Shown one piece after another: positions 42,691 to 52,039 of a DNA stretch of 64,000 nucleotides. The notes beneath the pieces were generated by a model, which saw only the letters and a list, made by a program, of their open reading frames with translations, had not been told where the DNA came from and ran no database searches. The stretch is from an uncultured Chthonomonadaceae bacterium (GTDB taxonomy: Bacteria; Armatimonadota; Chthonomonadetes; Chthonomonadales; CAJBBX01). Made by a program: the position numbers and the translations under genes. Location: the NCBI GenBank assembly GCA_964519955.1, contig CAZFLM010000002.1, forward strand, positions 8,822 through 72,821. The letters are read 5' to 3'. Position 1 is the first letter of the stretch. Every line of letters starts with the position of its first letter.

Positions 42691-42954
42691 TCAGCGCCGC
42701 TTGCGCCGCTCCGAGCCACGGCGGCGACGCCGGCGGGACCACCTCTGCCGCAACACATTCAGTCGTGCTGCCTCCGCTGCGTCGGCTGCTTCGACGAGGG
42801 CGATCGTATCGTCCTGGATCAGATCCCATTCCCTGCAGATCGCAAGGTCCTCCTCGGCGTTGGCGAGACACCCCTCCGCGATCTCACGGCTGAGCTCTTC
42901 GAGGCGCTGCTCCTCGGCACGACGGGCAACCGCGCCCGCTGTCCTCTGACCCAT
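42691..42954 (-). CDS. Small hypothetical protein with an Arg-rich C-terminal tail
   Basis: 87 aa (MGQRTAGAVARRAEEQRLEELSREIAEG...RWSRRRRRRGSERRKRR). GGAGGTG lies 4-5 nt upstream of ATG 42954, which is 8 nt after the GH36 stop. Confidence 0.55.
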   Translation of the reverse strand: MGQRTAGAVARRAEEQRLEELSREIAEGCLANAEEDLAICREWDLIQDDTIALVEAADAAEAARLNVLRQRWSRRRRRRGSERRKRR

Positions 42955-42962
42955 ATCACCTC

Positions 42963-45446
42963 CTACTCCTTCACGCGCCGGTACTCCACCATCTCCGAGC
43001 CGTGCGGCTCCGTGACCGTCAGCGCGAAGCCCTTCAGCAAGTCCGCGCCCTTCGCTCGGCGCTTCTCCCCAGTGTTCTCGAACCGCAGCTCGTACTCCGC
43101 ATCCGGCGTGAGGCCGCGCAGCGTCAGGTCCGCCGTACGGTACGGGCTCTGCGCGTGGCGGAACGCCAGGATGAGCCCGGCGTCCAGGTCGGCGCGATGG
43201 TACTGCGAGGCGATCCAGTGCGTGGCCTGGCGCGTGCAGGGCAGCGCGGGGTAGAACGCGCCGGTTAGCAGGGGACGCAGCTCCCGGTAGCGGTCGAGCA
43301 GCGCCTTGCCGCGCGCCGTGTCGAACTTCGGGTCGTCCGTGATCCACCCGAGGCACAGCGATGACGCCAGCACGGACCGGAACGAGTAGTCGTCCAGCCG
43401 GCAGAGGTGCGCCACGATGGTGTTGTTCGGCAGGTACTGGCTCAGGCTCCAGAGGCTGTTCTGGTCCACCTCGTTGTCGAACCAGTAGTCGGTCTTCTGG
43501 TGCAGGTGCATGCGGCGCACCGTCTCCACGTCGATCCGCCGGCCGCCGCTGGCGCACTCCTCGCGGATGCTGTCGGGCCAGGTGGTGGCGATGCGGTCCC
43601 AGTAGGCGTAGAGCCCCTCGACGTACCGAATCTCCGTCATCCCCTGCCGGTCCTGCGCATCGTTGAACCGCCAGTAGGGAAGCGGGTCCATGTTGAAGTC
43701 CTGCCGGTAGAAGCGGAACCCGGGCAGGTCCATGAAGCCCTTGACGATGCCGAAGAAGTGCTCCTGCACCTGCGGCAGGCCGAAGTTGAGCAGGTAGGTC
43801 CCCTCCTCCGCCTTCTGGCTCTTCAGGCACCACTCCGGGTGCTTCTTGTGGATGTCCGTGCCCGCCACGACGCGCTCCGGCTCGTACCACAGGCCGTAGA
43901 CCATCTTGTTGTCCAGCGCGGCCTTCGCGACGGGGGCCATGCCCTGCGGGTAGGCGTCCTTGCGCGGTTCCCAGTTCCCCGCCCCGGCCGGCCATCCCCC
44001 CTCGAACCAGCCCGCGTCGGTGATGAGCGCCTCCAGCCCGAGCGGGGCGTAGGCGCGGATGAGCGATATCTGGTTCTCGGCGGTGCATTCGTTCAGCCAG
44101 CCGCCGCCGCGCGTGAAGCACGTATTGCAGAAGAGGATCGGTTCGGGCGCCTTGCCGGCGCGCTTCGCGGCGTAGTGCTTCTGGATCAGCTCGCGGAAGC
44201 GGGCGTTGGCCTCCCACGTGTCGCCCGGCTGGAACAGGATGAGCATGCGGGGCGTGCGGATCTTCTCGCCCGGGTGCAGCGTCAGGTGCGTCAGCTCCAT
44301 GCCGGCCGCGATGCGCACCCGCGCGTTGTCCTCGGTGCTCGCCGTCGCCGCCCACTGCCCGGACCACCCGACCGCGACGACGGCCGAGCCCTTGCCGGTC
44401 TCCACTTTGAAGAAGGGGAAGTCCTTGTTGGACGACCGTCCGCCGCCGGCGGCCAGACTCGCGGAATGGCCGTCGGCGACGGTCTCGACCACCGGGTCGA
44501 AGTCCGTCGGATCGGCGGGGGCGCCGTTGGAGCGGTAGAGGCGGAACGGGGTCGCCTTGTCGATGGCGCCTTCCAGCGCCAGGTCCATGGCCTGCACGTC
44601 GCTGAGGATCGGCGTGTCGGCCTTGCCGGTGTTCTCGAAGGTGAGCAGCCACTCCAGGGCGCCGAAGTCGCGGTAGCGGACGACCTCCCAGCCCACGCGC
44701 AGGCCCGTGGCGGCATCGGTCCAGGTTGTCGCCCAGACCGCACGGTCAGCGTCGCCCGGTCGATCCTGGCGTACCACGGTCCATCCTGGCAGCAGCGCGT
44801 CGCTCAGTTTGCCGCCGTAGACGAACGAGAACGGGTACCGCGCCCGCACGTCGACGCCGCCGTCGGGCATCTCGTCGACGCGCACCTTCTTGCCGGAGGC
44901 CAGCTCGATCTCCGCCTCGGCCCAGTCCGCGTGGTCGCAGCCGGGCCCATCGCCGGCATCCTCGACGCGCAGGTCGAACGCGCGCGCCTCGCCGAGAGCC
45001 ACGTCGACCCGCACCGGCTCCATGCCGCCGCGCAGCACCTCGGAGCGGAACAGCTCCTTCCCGCCCGCCTGGACGACGAAGGCGACGGAGCCCTGCCCGC
45101 CGGCGGTCCGCTCGTTGTTGTCCACGCCCACCCAGGCCGCGAACCGGGCCATGGGCTCCGGCGAGGAGATTCCGATGCGGCTGACCGAATGCGTGCCCAG
45201 CCCGTGCGAGTAGCTCTTCGACCCGATCTTTATCGGCGTGGCGATGACGGACCGGTTGATCTCCAGCTTCTCGTAGTCCTGACGCACCAACCGGCGCGCC
45301 GGAACTGAGAGCGCAGCCGGCGCAGGATAGGGCACCTTCAGCACGCCCTCCTGCCAGTCGACCACCTCGCGCGGAAGCTCGGCGGCCGATGCCACCGATG
45401 CCCCCAGCAGTACCGAAACGACCACCAGCGCCCCGACCACGCTCAT
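42963..45446 (-). CDS. Secreted GH36-family alpha-galactosidase-like enzyme with N-terminal NPCBM-like domain
   Basis: Signal peptide. YSHGLGTHSVS...FAAWVGVDN...GSVAFVV...DHADWAEAEI is the NPCBM pattern. CASGGRRID is the GH36-like catalytic region. Confidence 0.85.
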   Translation of the reverse strand: MSVVGALVVVSVLLGASVASAAELPREVVDWQEGVLKVPYPAPAALSVPARRLVRQDYEKLEINRSVIATPIKIGSKSYSHGLGTHSVSRIGISSPEPMARFAAWVGVDNNERTAGGQGSVAFVVQAGGKELFRSEVLRGGMEPVRVDVALGEARAFDLRVEDAGDGPGCDHADWAEAEIELASGKKVRVDEMPDGGVDVRARYPFSFVYGGKLSDALLPGWTVVRQDRPGDADRAVWATTWTDAATGLRVGWEVVRYRDFGALEWLLTFENTGKADTPILSDVQAMDLALEGAIDKATPFRLYRSNGAPADPTDFDPVVETVADGHSASLAAGGGRSSNKDFPFFKVETGKGSAVVAVGWSGQWAATASTEDNARVRIAAGMELTHLTLHPGEKIRTPRMLILFQPGDTWEANARFRELIQKHYAAKRAGKAPEPILFCNTCFTRGGGWLNECTAENQISLIRAYAPLGLEALITDAGWFEGGWPAGAGNWEPRKDAYPQGMAPVAKAALDNKMVYGLWYEPERVVAGTDIHKKHPEWCLKSQKAEEGTYLLNFGLPQVQEHFFGIVKGFMDLPGFRFYRQDFNMDPLPYWRFNDAQDRQGMTEIRYVEGLYAYWDRIATTWPDSIREECASGGRRIDVETVRRMHLHQKTDYWFDNEVDQNSLWSLSQYLPNNTIVAHLCRLDDYSFRSVLASSLCLGWITDDPKFDTARGKALLDRYRELRPLLTGAFYPALPCTRQATHWIASQYHRADLDAGLILAFRHAQSPYRTADLTLRGLTPDAEYELRFENTGEKRRAKGADLLKGFALTVTEPHGSEMVEYRRVKE

Positions 45447-45467
45447 CGCTCCACCCTTCTCCCAGGT

Positions 45468-46694
45468 TCAGCGCGTCACGGTCCAGATCTCGCCCGGCCT
45501 CACGGTTACCTCCGGGCCGGAGAACAGCAGCGTCTTGCCATCGTCCGCCCACACGTCGAAGTGCCCCTTCAGCGGCACGTTGGCGGGCAGGCCGAACCGC
45601 ACCGCGTCCGGCCCGTGGGCAGCGTCCGCCTCGATCGGGCTGCCGGCCGACGACACGAACACGACTCGCTTCTGCAGCCACTTCGCGAAGATGCGGTTCT
45701 CGTTCAGCGCCGGCACCGCGCCCGCGCCATAGAGCGCGCCGAGCAACCGCTGGCCGTCCACCACCCAGCCGATCGCGACGATGTACTTGTCGGCGCCGGA
45801 TTGGTTCCGCGCATACTCCTGCGGCGCACCGAAGCGCATCCCGTCGTTCGAGAGGCTGTACCACAGGTGCTGGCCGTTCATGTGCAGCCCCATCACGTAC
45901 CACTTCTTGCCGCCCACGTCGAAGCGCTTGACATCGTTCGGCGCCATCTGGGCTGCGAGGCACGGGCCGTCCAGCGCGAACGTGTGGAAGTCGCGGCTGG
46001 TCGCGCGGTAGATCGTGCCGAAGTGCTTGAAGTCGTTGAAGTACATCCGGTCGACGCCGTCCTCGTGCAGCACCACGTTCATCCCGTTGATGTCCGCGCT
46101 CGCATACGGCGGGTGCCCGGTAACCTGGACGATGTCCTCCATCCTCGCGGCGTAGGATGCGCTGCCGTTCCAGGTATGCGCGTCGGGGCTGGTGAAGGCG
46201 GCCGGCTTGTTCAGGCCGTCCTTGTCCGGGTAGGCCGTCGCGAGCAGATGGTAGGAGCCGTCCGGCAGGCGCGTGGCCGAGCAGTTGCACACGTGCACGA
46301 ACGCGCCGTGGTCGATCAGCAGGCGCCGGTCCTCGAACGTGATGAAGTCCTTCGTAGTGCGCGAGTAGATGCGGTCATTGCCGGACTCCACGCCATCCCA
46401 GGCGCCGTAGAAGACGCGCCACCCGTCGCGCTCCCGGACGATCGAGGGCGCGTAGATGTTGCGGAACTTGCCGGGCATCGGCTCGACGATCGGCGCCGGG
46501 TCGTTGTAGACCAGGTGCAGCGTTCCCGCCTGCCACAGCTTCGGGTCGAAGGCGTCCGCCCGCACGCCCCGCACCTCGACGCGCGCCCCGATCGGCGCAC
46601 CGGCGCCCGTCCGCTTCACCGCCATCGTCGCCCCTCCACCATGCGCCGCCTGCCCGTACGCCAGAGCCGCCGCCAACACGAACGTCGTGGTCAT
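45468..46694 (-). CDS. Secreted beta-propeller glycoside-hydrolase-like protein (GH43/GH32-clan-like; function inferred)
   Basis: The real part of the 1008-aa track ORF. ATG 46694 has GGAGGGAGCAGG upstream. MTTTFVLAAALAYGQAAHG is the signal. Repeated blade-like segments include IYAPSIVRERDGWRVFYGAWDG. It ends 21 nt before the GH36 gene. Confidence 0.75.
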   Translation of the reverse strand: MTTTFVLAAALAYGQAAHGGGATMAVKRTGAGAPIGARVEVRGVRADAFDPKLWQAGTLHLVYNDPAPIVEPMPGKFRNIYAPSIVRERDGWRVFYGAWDGVESGNDRIYSRTTKDFITFEDRRLLIDHGAFVHVCNCSATRLPDGSYHLLATAYPDKDGLNKPAAFTSPDAHTWNGSASYAARMEDIVQVTGHPPYASADINGMNVVLHEDGVDRMYFNDFKHFGTIYRATSRDFHTFALDGPCLAAQMAPNDVKRFDVGGKKWYVMGLHMNGQHLWYSLSNDGMRFGAPQEYARNQSGADKYIVAIGWVVDGQRLLGALYGAGAVPALNENRIFAKWLQKRVVFVSSAGSPIEADAAHGPDAVRFGLPANVPLKGHFDVWADDGKTLLFSGPEVTVRPGEIWTVTR

Positions 46695-46817
46695 CCTGCT
46701 CCCTCCATCGTGCATCTCCAGGGCCGTCGTGCGCAATGCAGCGCTACGGCCCCTCGACCCCCAAGAACTGGGGGAGAACCTGCCAGTGCCGCCGGCCGCC
46801 TCCGCATCGCCGTGGGA

Positions 46818-46966
46818 GATCCAACACCCGACCGCACCGCGACCACGTAGACTCCCCCAGGGTTGGGGGCTTGGGGGGGCCGCCGGGCACCGGTCCGCCA
46901 GATCCGACACCCTACCGAGCCGCGACCACGCAGACTCCCCCAGAACTGGGGGCTGGGGGGCCGCCG
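46818..46966. repeat. Two tandem copies (period 83 bp) of a unit ending in a CCCCCAG..CTGGGGG palindrome and G-runs
   Basis: 46818-46885 and 46901-46966 align by eye with scattered mismatches. A third related palindrome, CCCCCAagaacTGGGGG, is at about 46757-46774. The array abuts the aminotransferase stop (46970-46972). Confidence 0.8.
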
Positions 46967-46969
46967 CCC

Positions 46970-48295
46970 CTACCCCGCCAGCTTGGCCAGGCACCGATCC
47001 AGCTTCGCCAGGAACAGGCCGATGTCGTCGAGCGTCACGTCCAGGACCGGGCGGAGGCGGATGGTGCGGCGGCCGGCGCCCAGGAGGAGCATGTCCTCCT
47101 CCTCCAGCGCGATGCGCTTCAGCTCGCCGCGCGTGTCGCCGTCCGGCATGCAGAAGCCCTGGTAGAGGCCCATGCCGCGCACGTTCGCCAGCGTGTCGGG
47201 GTGCTTCGCCGCGAGGGCGCGCAGCCCGTTCCCCAGCGCCTCGGCCTTCTCCGGCACCTGTTCGATCAGCCGCTCCTGCTCGACGATCCGCATCTCCTCG
47301 ACGAAGCGCACCATGTCGGCCAGATTGCCGCCCCACGTCGAGTCGAGCACGCCGTGGTCGCGCATCGGGTAGAGCATGTAGACCGCACCGTTGCCGAACT
47401 TCTTGGCGACCGCGATTGCCTGCGGCGGGTGCGGCAGGTCGAACTGGTCGGCTGCGAACATCGTGCCGGTCTGGCCGCCCGCGGTCTGCACCTCGTCGAA
47501 GCCGAGATACGCGCCGTGCTGGTGCGCCAGCTCGCTCAGCCCGCGGAAGAACTCCGGCAGCGCGACGCGGTGGCCGCCCGCGCCCTGCAGCGGCTCGACG
47601 ACGATGCCCACGATCTCGCCGCGATAGCGCTCCAGGCAGTCGCGCACGATCTCCAGGCTGCGCTCCGTCTGCGTCCGGTTCCACTCGTCGGACTGGTCTG
47701 CATCGATGAACGGGAACGGCACCTGGATGTTGCCCGGCACGAACCCCTTGAAGTCCTTCGTGATGATGGGGTCGTGCGAGAGCTGGGTCACGTTCAGCGC
47801 GAAGACCGTGCGCCCGTGGAAGGCCTGGTCGAAGTAGACGAAGCGCCGCGTGCCCGGCAGCCTGCCCTCCGCGAGCAGCTTCTCGTCGTGGAGGTTGATC
47901 AGGTACTTCATCATGTTCTCGACAGCCTCGGCGCCGGAGTTGACGGCGTAGACCTCGAGCTTCTCGCTGCGCATGCACCGCGGGGCCAGATCGTAGAGCT
48001 TGCGATAGTAGGCGAGGCACTCGGGCGTGAGGAAGTCGGGGTTCGCGACCTTGTTGTTGGCCGCCCGGGCGATGCGGGCCACGTGCTCCGGGTCCGACAG
48101 GCGCGGGTGGTTGTGGCCGAGCAGCTTCGAGCCGTAGTAGCCGGCCCAATCGAAGATGCGCTGGCCGTCTACCGTCACCATCCACATGCCGCGGCACTGC
48201 TCGAGGTCGAGCACGAATGGCTGCGGGTCCATCACGACGTAGCGGCGAAGCTCGTCGATGAGCGTGGCGCTCTTGGGTGCGGGGTACTGGGACAT
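46970..48295 (-). CDS. Class III aminotransferase, L-lysine 6-aminotransferase-like
   Basis: VMDPQPFVLDLEQCRG...NSGAEAVENMMK...FDEVQTAGG. Start trimmed to ATG 48295, with GGAGGAG upstream. Confidence 0.88.
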   Translation of the reverse strand: MSQYPAPKSATLIDELRRYVVMDPQPFVLDLEQCRGMWMVTVDGQRIFDWAGYYGSKLLGHNHPRLSDPEHVARIARAANNKVANPDFLTPECLAYYRKLYDLAPRCMRSEKLEVYAVNSGAEAVENMMKYLINLHDEKLLAEGRLPGTRRFVYFDQAFHGRTVFALNVTQLSHDPIITKDFKGFVPGNIQVPFPFIDADQSDEWNRTQTERSLEIVRDCLERYRGEIVGIVVEPLQGAGGHRVALPEFFRGLSELAHQHGAYLGFDEVQTAGGQTGTMFAADQFDLPHPPQAIAVAKKFGNGAVYMLYPMRDHGVLDSTWGGNLADMVRFVEEMRIVEQERLIEQVPEKAEALGNGLRALAAKHPDTLANVRGMGLYQGFCMPDGDTRGELKRIALEEEDMLLLGAGRRTIRLRPVLDVTLDDIGLFLAKLDRCLAKLAG

Positions 48296-48459
48296 GGTTC
48301 TCCTCCGGCCGGCCCACCGGCCTATCGCAAGCGCACGCACCGTTGCGGCGCAGGGGTCTGTTCAGGACGGTCGCCTCCGTTCCCTGCTTCGGGGAGGATG
48401 GCGCGGCGCTCAGGCAGAACAAGTGACGGACACACCGAGACGAGCAAGGGAGCGGCTCC

Positions 48460-49032
48460 ATGGACGCGACACGATGTGGCTGGTGCCTGGGCACCGAGTT
48501 GATGACGCGCTACCACGATGAGGAATGGGGCGTGCCCGTCCACGATGATCGGAAGCACTTCGAGTTCATGGTACTCGATAGTGTCCAGGCCGGACTAAGC
48601 TGGCTGATCGTGCTCAAGAAGCGCGAGTCGTACCGCGAGGCGCTGCACAACTTCGACCCGGAGCGCGTGGCCGCCTACACGGAGGCGGATGTCGAGCGCC
48701 TGATGGCAGACCCGGGCATCGTGCGCAACCGCCTCAAGGTCCTGGCCACCATCGGTAACGCGCGCTGCTTCCTGCGGGTGCAGGAGGAGTTCGGCTCGTT
48801 CGACGAGTACGTCTGGCGCTTCGTGGACGGCAAGCCGATCAAGAACGCCCACGAGACGATGAGTACGATCGCGGCAAGCACGCCGCAGTCCGACGCGATG
48901 AGCAAGGACCTGAAGAAGCGCGGCTTCAGGTTCGTGGGCAGCACCATCTGCTATGCCTACATGCAGGCGGCCGGCCTCGTGAACGACCACGTGGTGAGCT
49001 GCTTCCGCTACGAGGCCTGCGGCCGGGCTTAG
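48460..49032 (+). CDS. tag: DNA-3-methyladenine glycosylase I
   Basis: RCGWC...YHDEEWGVPVHDD...FEFMVLDSVQAGLSW is canonical Tag. Confidence 0.95.
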   Translation: MDATRCGWCLGTELMTRYHDEEWGVPVHDDRKHFEFMVLDSVQAGLSWLIVLKKRESYREALHNFDPERVAAYTEADVERLMADPGIVRNRLKVLATIGNARCFLRVQEEFGSFDEYVWRFVDGKPIKNAHETMSTIAASTPQSDAMSKDLKKRGFRFVGSTICYAYMQAAGLVNDHVVSCFRYEACGRA

Positions 49033-49093
49033 GACTTGGGACTTGGGGCTGGGGGCCGGAGCCTGGCGCGCGCCAGCCCCAAGTCCCAGGTCC
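49032..49093 (+). terminator. Perfect 15-bp G-arm/C-arm hairpin starting at the tag stop
   Basis: GGGACTTGGGGCTGG (49038-49052), 20 nt, CCAGCCCCAAGTCCC (49073-49087), with a partial outer extension. Confidence 0.65.
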
Positions 49094-49154
49094 CATGTCC
49101 CGACACGCGTCCATCTGCGGTTCCATTCGCCGTCTGCCGTACTGGAGGAGAACC

Positions 49155-50639
49155 ATGCGTAGGTTAGTTGTGCAGTGCGCCCTGATGCTTGCGTTCGCGG
49201 CGCCGCAGCCCGTGGCGGCCCAGGTCGCGCCGAGCAGCAGGTTCTCGCTAACGATCCTGCACACGAACGACCAGCATGGTCACCTCCTGCCGTTCGCATA
49301 CCAAGAGGATGGCGTCGACAAGGCCGAGCGCCCGTCCGTCGGCGGCATCTCGCGGCGCTCCACGCTCATCAAGCGCCTGCGCCAGACCATCGCCAACCCG
49401 ACCATCCTGATCGATGCGGGCGACACCTTCACCCGCGGCCCGTTCACCCTGGCCTACCGGGGCATCGCCGATACCGAGGCCATGAACGCGGCGGGCTACG
49501 AGCTGGCCGTGCTCGGCAACAACGAGTTCAAGGCGTACGACGGCGCCGACCAGCAGAACGCGCCCGCCGCGCAGGAGGCGCTCCTCCAGGTCGTGAAGCG
49601 CTCCCGCTTCCCGTGGATCTGCGCCAACGCGGGCCCGTCCTCGGGCGGCACGCTGCAGGGAGTCCAGCCGTACGTCGTGCGCGAGTTCGGCGGCGTGCGC
49701 GTCGGCTTCCTGGGCCTCACCGCGCCGCGCTGCAACACCTACCCGCAGACGCTCGGCTGGACGTTCGGCGATCCTGTCGTGGCGGCGCGCGAGTGGGTGC
49801 CCAAGGCCCGCGCCCACTGCGACGTCCTGATCGCCGTCACCCACATCGGCGTCGACGAGGACCGCAACCTGGCGGCCAAGGTGCCCGGCATCGACGCCAT
49901 CGTGGGAGGCGACTCGCACACCTTCCTGCACAAGCGCCTGCTGGTGAAGGGCCCGGCGGGCAACAACGTGCCCATCGTGCAGACCGGCGAGTTTGGCGTC
50001 TACCTCGGCCGCTTCGACCTCACCTTCATCCGGGCGTCGGGCAAGTGGCGCCTCGCCTCGAACCGGTCCGAGCTGCTGCCGGTCGGCCCCGGTCTGCCGA
50101 ACGACCCGCGCGTCGACGGCGCCCTGGAGCAGTACGTGCGGCCCTTCCGCAAGCCGGTCGGCCGCCTCGCCCAGGTGGCCGCCACCCCTCTGGGGCGCAC
50201 CGTGCAGACGACGCTCGTCGTGGCCGAAGCCACGCGGGCCGCAGCGAAGGCTGACCTCGCCCTGATGCCGCCGGGCGGAGGCATGTTCGAGGTCTTCCGC
50301 CGCCCCGTCGTCACCCGCTGCGACGTGTTCGCGGCGCTGCCCTTCCGCAACCGAGTCGTGTCCGTGCAGATGACCGGCCAGGCCATCGCCGACCTGCGCA
50401 AGGCGCATCCCACGACGATCGTCGCGGGCCTCAGCAGTGGGTACGACCCGACACGCACGTACCGCGTCGCGCTGGTCGACTACATCGCCGCCTCGGAGTA
50501 CGAGATCGACCCAGCACGCTTCGCCGACGCCGGCTGCGACATCCAGGACGCGGTCATCCGGCATCTGGGGCGCACCAGCCCGGCAGCGCAGACCGCCCGC
50601 ACTGCTACCAAGCCGACCGCTCCAGCCCGCGTGCGCTGA
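49155..50639 (+). CDS. Secreted 5'-nucleotidase/metallophosphoesterase (UshA-like)
   Basis: ILHTNDQHGHL, GDTF and GNNEF are metallophosphatase motifs, followed by a C-terminal 5'-nucleotidase domain. Start trimmed to ATG 49155, with GGAGGAG upstream. Confidence 0.9.
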   Translation: MRRLVVQCALMLAFAAPQPVAAQVAPSSRFSLTILHTNDQHGHLLPFAYQEDGVDKAERPSVGGISRRSTLIKRLRQTIANPTILIDAGDTFTRGPFTLAYRGIADTEAMNAAGYELAVLGNNEFKAYDGADQQNAPAAQEALLQVVKRSRFPWICANAGPSSGGTLQGVQPYVVREFGGVRVGFLGLTAPRCNTYPQTLGWTFGDPVVAAREWVPKARAHCDVLIAVTHIGVDEDRNLAAKVPGIDAIVGGDSHTFLHKRLLVKGPAGNNVPIVQTGEFGVYLGRFDLTFIRASGKWRLASNRSELLPVGPGLPNDPRVDGALEQYVRPFRKPVGRLAQVAATPLGRTVQTTLVVAEATRAAAKADLALMPPGGGMFEVFRRPVVTRCDVFAALPFRNRVVSVQMTGQAIADLRKAHPTTIVAGLSSGYDPTRTYRVALVDYIAASEYEIDPARFADAGCDIQDAVIRHLGRTSPAAQTARTATKPTAPARVR

Positions 50640-50865
50640 GCCAATGTGACAGCCACCAACCAGGCCTGCCAGGTCCCTCGCAGAGGCGGCTCGGGATGGC
50701 GCCGTCGCGGCGGACAGACGGCTGGCGGACGTTCGCGCCTCGCGGTGGCCATGTCGAGCAGATGTCGCGAGGCGTTTGACAGGTGTGACGCTTCGCACGC
50801 GCCTGCTGGCTGCGGCCCAGCGGACCGGGTAGCATAGTAGCCATCAACCCGGGAGCCCAACCGCC

Positions 50866-52035
50866 ATCGACACCGCATCCTCCTACGACATCGCGGCCGT
50901 CCGCGCCGCCTTCCCTGTCCTGCGCGACTGCGTCTACCTCAACACCGGCACGTACGGCCCCATGCCCGAGCCCGCCCTCGAAGCGTATCTCGGCTTCGCG
51001 AGCGCCATGGAGCGCGGGGGCGTCGCCTGCACGGTCGACATCGGCGCGGAGGTAAGCCGCACCCGCCAGCGCGTCGCCGAGCTGATCGGCGCGACGCCGC
51101 AGGAGATCGCGTTCACCGGCAACTCGACGGACGGGCTGAACCTCGCGCTGGCCGGCATCGACTGGCGCGCGGGCGACGAGGTCATCACCACCGACGAGGA
51201 GCACGAGGCGCTGATCCACCCGCTCCTGTACCTGCAGGCCACCCGCGGCATCGTCATGCGCCGCATGCAGGTCTCATCGGACCCCGCGGTAACGGTCGAG
51301 CGCCTTGAGCAGCTCCGCACGCCGCGCACCCGCCTGGTGGCGGTCAGCGAGGTCCCCTGCGAAACCGGCACGCGGCTGCCTGCGTCCACCATCTGCGCGT
51401 GGTGCCGCGAGGCCGGCGTCCTCTCGCTCATCGACTCGACGCAGAGCATCGGCGTGTTCGCTGTGGATGCCCACGCGATGGGCTGCGACTTCCTGGTGGG
51501 CAATGGGCACAAGTGGCTGCATGGGCCGACCGGCTCCGGCGTCTTCTACTGCCGCGCGGACCGGTTCGACGACCTGCGCCCGGCCCACGTCGGAGCGGGA
51601 TCGCTGGAGAAGGCGAACGTGGCAACTGGCGCCGCGGAGCCCTGGCGCACCGGGCAGCGTTTCGAGTTCGGCACGCGCCCCTGGACGATCATCGCGGGGC
51701 TCGGCGCCAGCCTCGACTGGTTCGAAGGGCTGGGGTGGGATAACGTCACGCGGCACATCGCCGAGATGTCGGCGGCCCTCAAGCAGCGGCTGTCGGGGCG
51801 CGACGATGTGACGCTGCTGACGCCTATCCGGTTCGAGCAGTCGTCCGGCCTGGTGACCGTGCGGATCGAGAGAGGGAACGCTCAGGACGTGGCGAACACA
51901 CTGCGCATCGAGCACGCGATCCACACGCGCGTCGTTCCGCACTACAACGCGCTGCGGCTGGCGGTGGCGCACTTCGTCGACGGCTCCGACATCGACCGGC
52001 TGACGGCGGCGCTCGACGGGCTCCGGGTACAGTAA
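50866..52035 (+). CDS. Class V aminotransferase (cysteine desulfurase/epimerase-like); 5' end uncertain, possible ATC start
   Basis: PLP lysine context GNGHKWLHGPTGSG. The track ORF starts at ATG 50962. The same frame upstream reads SYDIAAVRAAFPVLRDCVYLNTGTYGP, a typical family N-terminus, with no ATG/GTG/TTG back to the TAG at 50830. ATC 50866 has GGGAG 10 nt upstream. Confidence 0.8.
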   Translation: MDTASSYDIAAVRAAFPVLRDCVYLNTGTYGPMPEPALEAYLGFASAMERGGVACTVDIGAEVSRTRQRVAELIGATPQEIAFTGNSTDGLNLALAGIDWRAGDEVITTDEEHEALIHPLLYLQATRGIVMRRMQVSSDPAVTVERLEQLRTPRTRLVAVSEVPCETGTRLPASTICAWCREAGVLSLIDSTQSIGVFAVDAHAMGCDFLVGNGHKWLHGPTGSGVFYCRADRFDDLRPAHVGAGSLEKANVATGAAEPWRTGQRFEFGTRPWTIIAGLGASLDWFEGLGWDNVTRHIAEMSAALKQRLSGRDDVTLLTPIRFEQSSGLVTVRIERGNAQDVANTLRIEHAIHTRVVPHYNALRLAVAHFVDGSDIDRLTAALDGLRVQ

Positions 52036-52039
52036 CCGC

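Noticed and set aside
45468-48494. 1008-aa ORF spanning two genes
   Set aside because: The N-terminal two thirds overlap the class III aminotransferase gene in another frame and cross the repeat region. Only 45468-46694 has a signal peptide, an SD and protein-like sequence.
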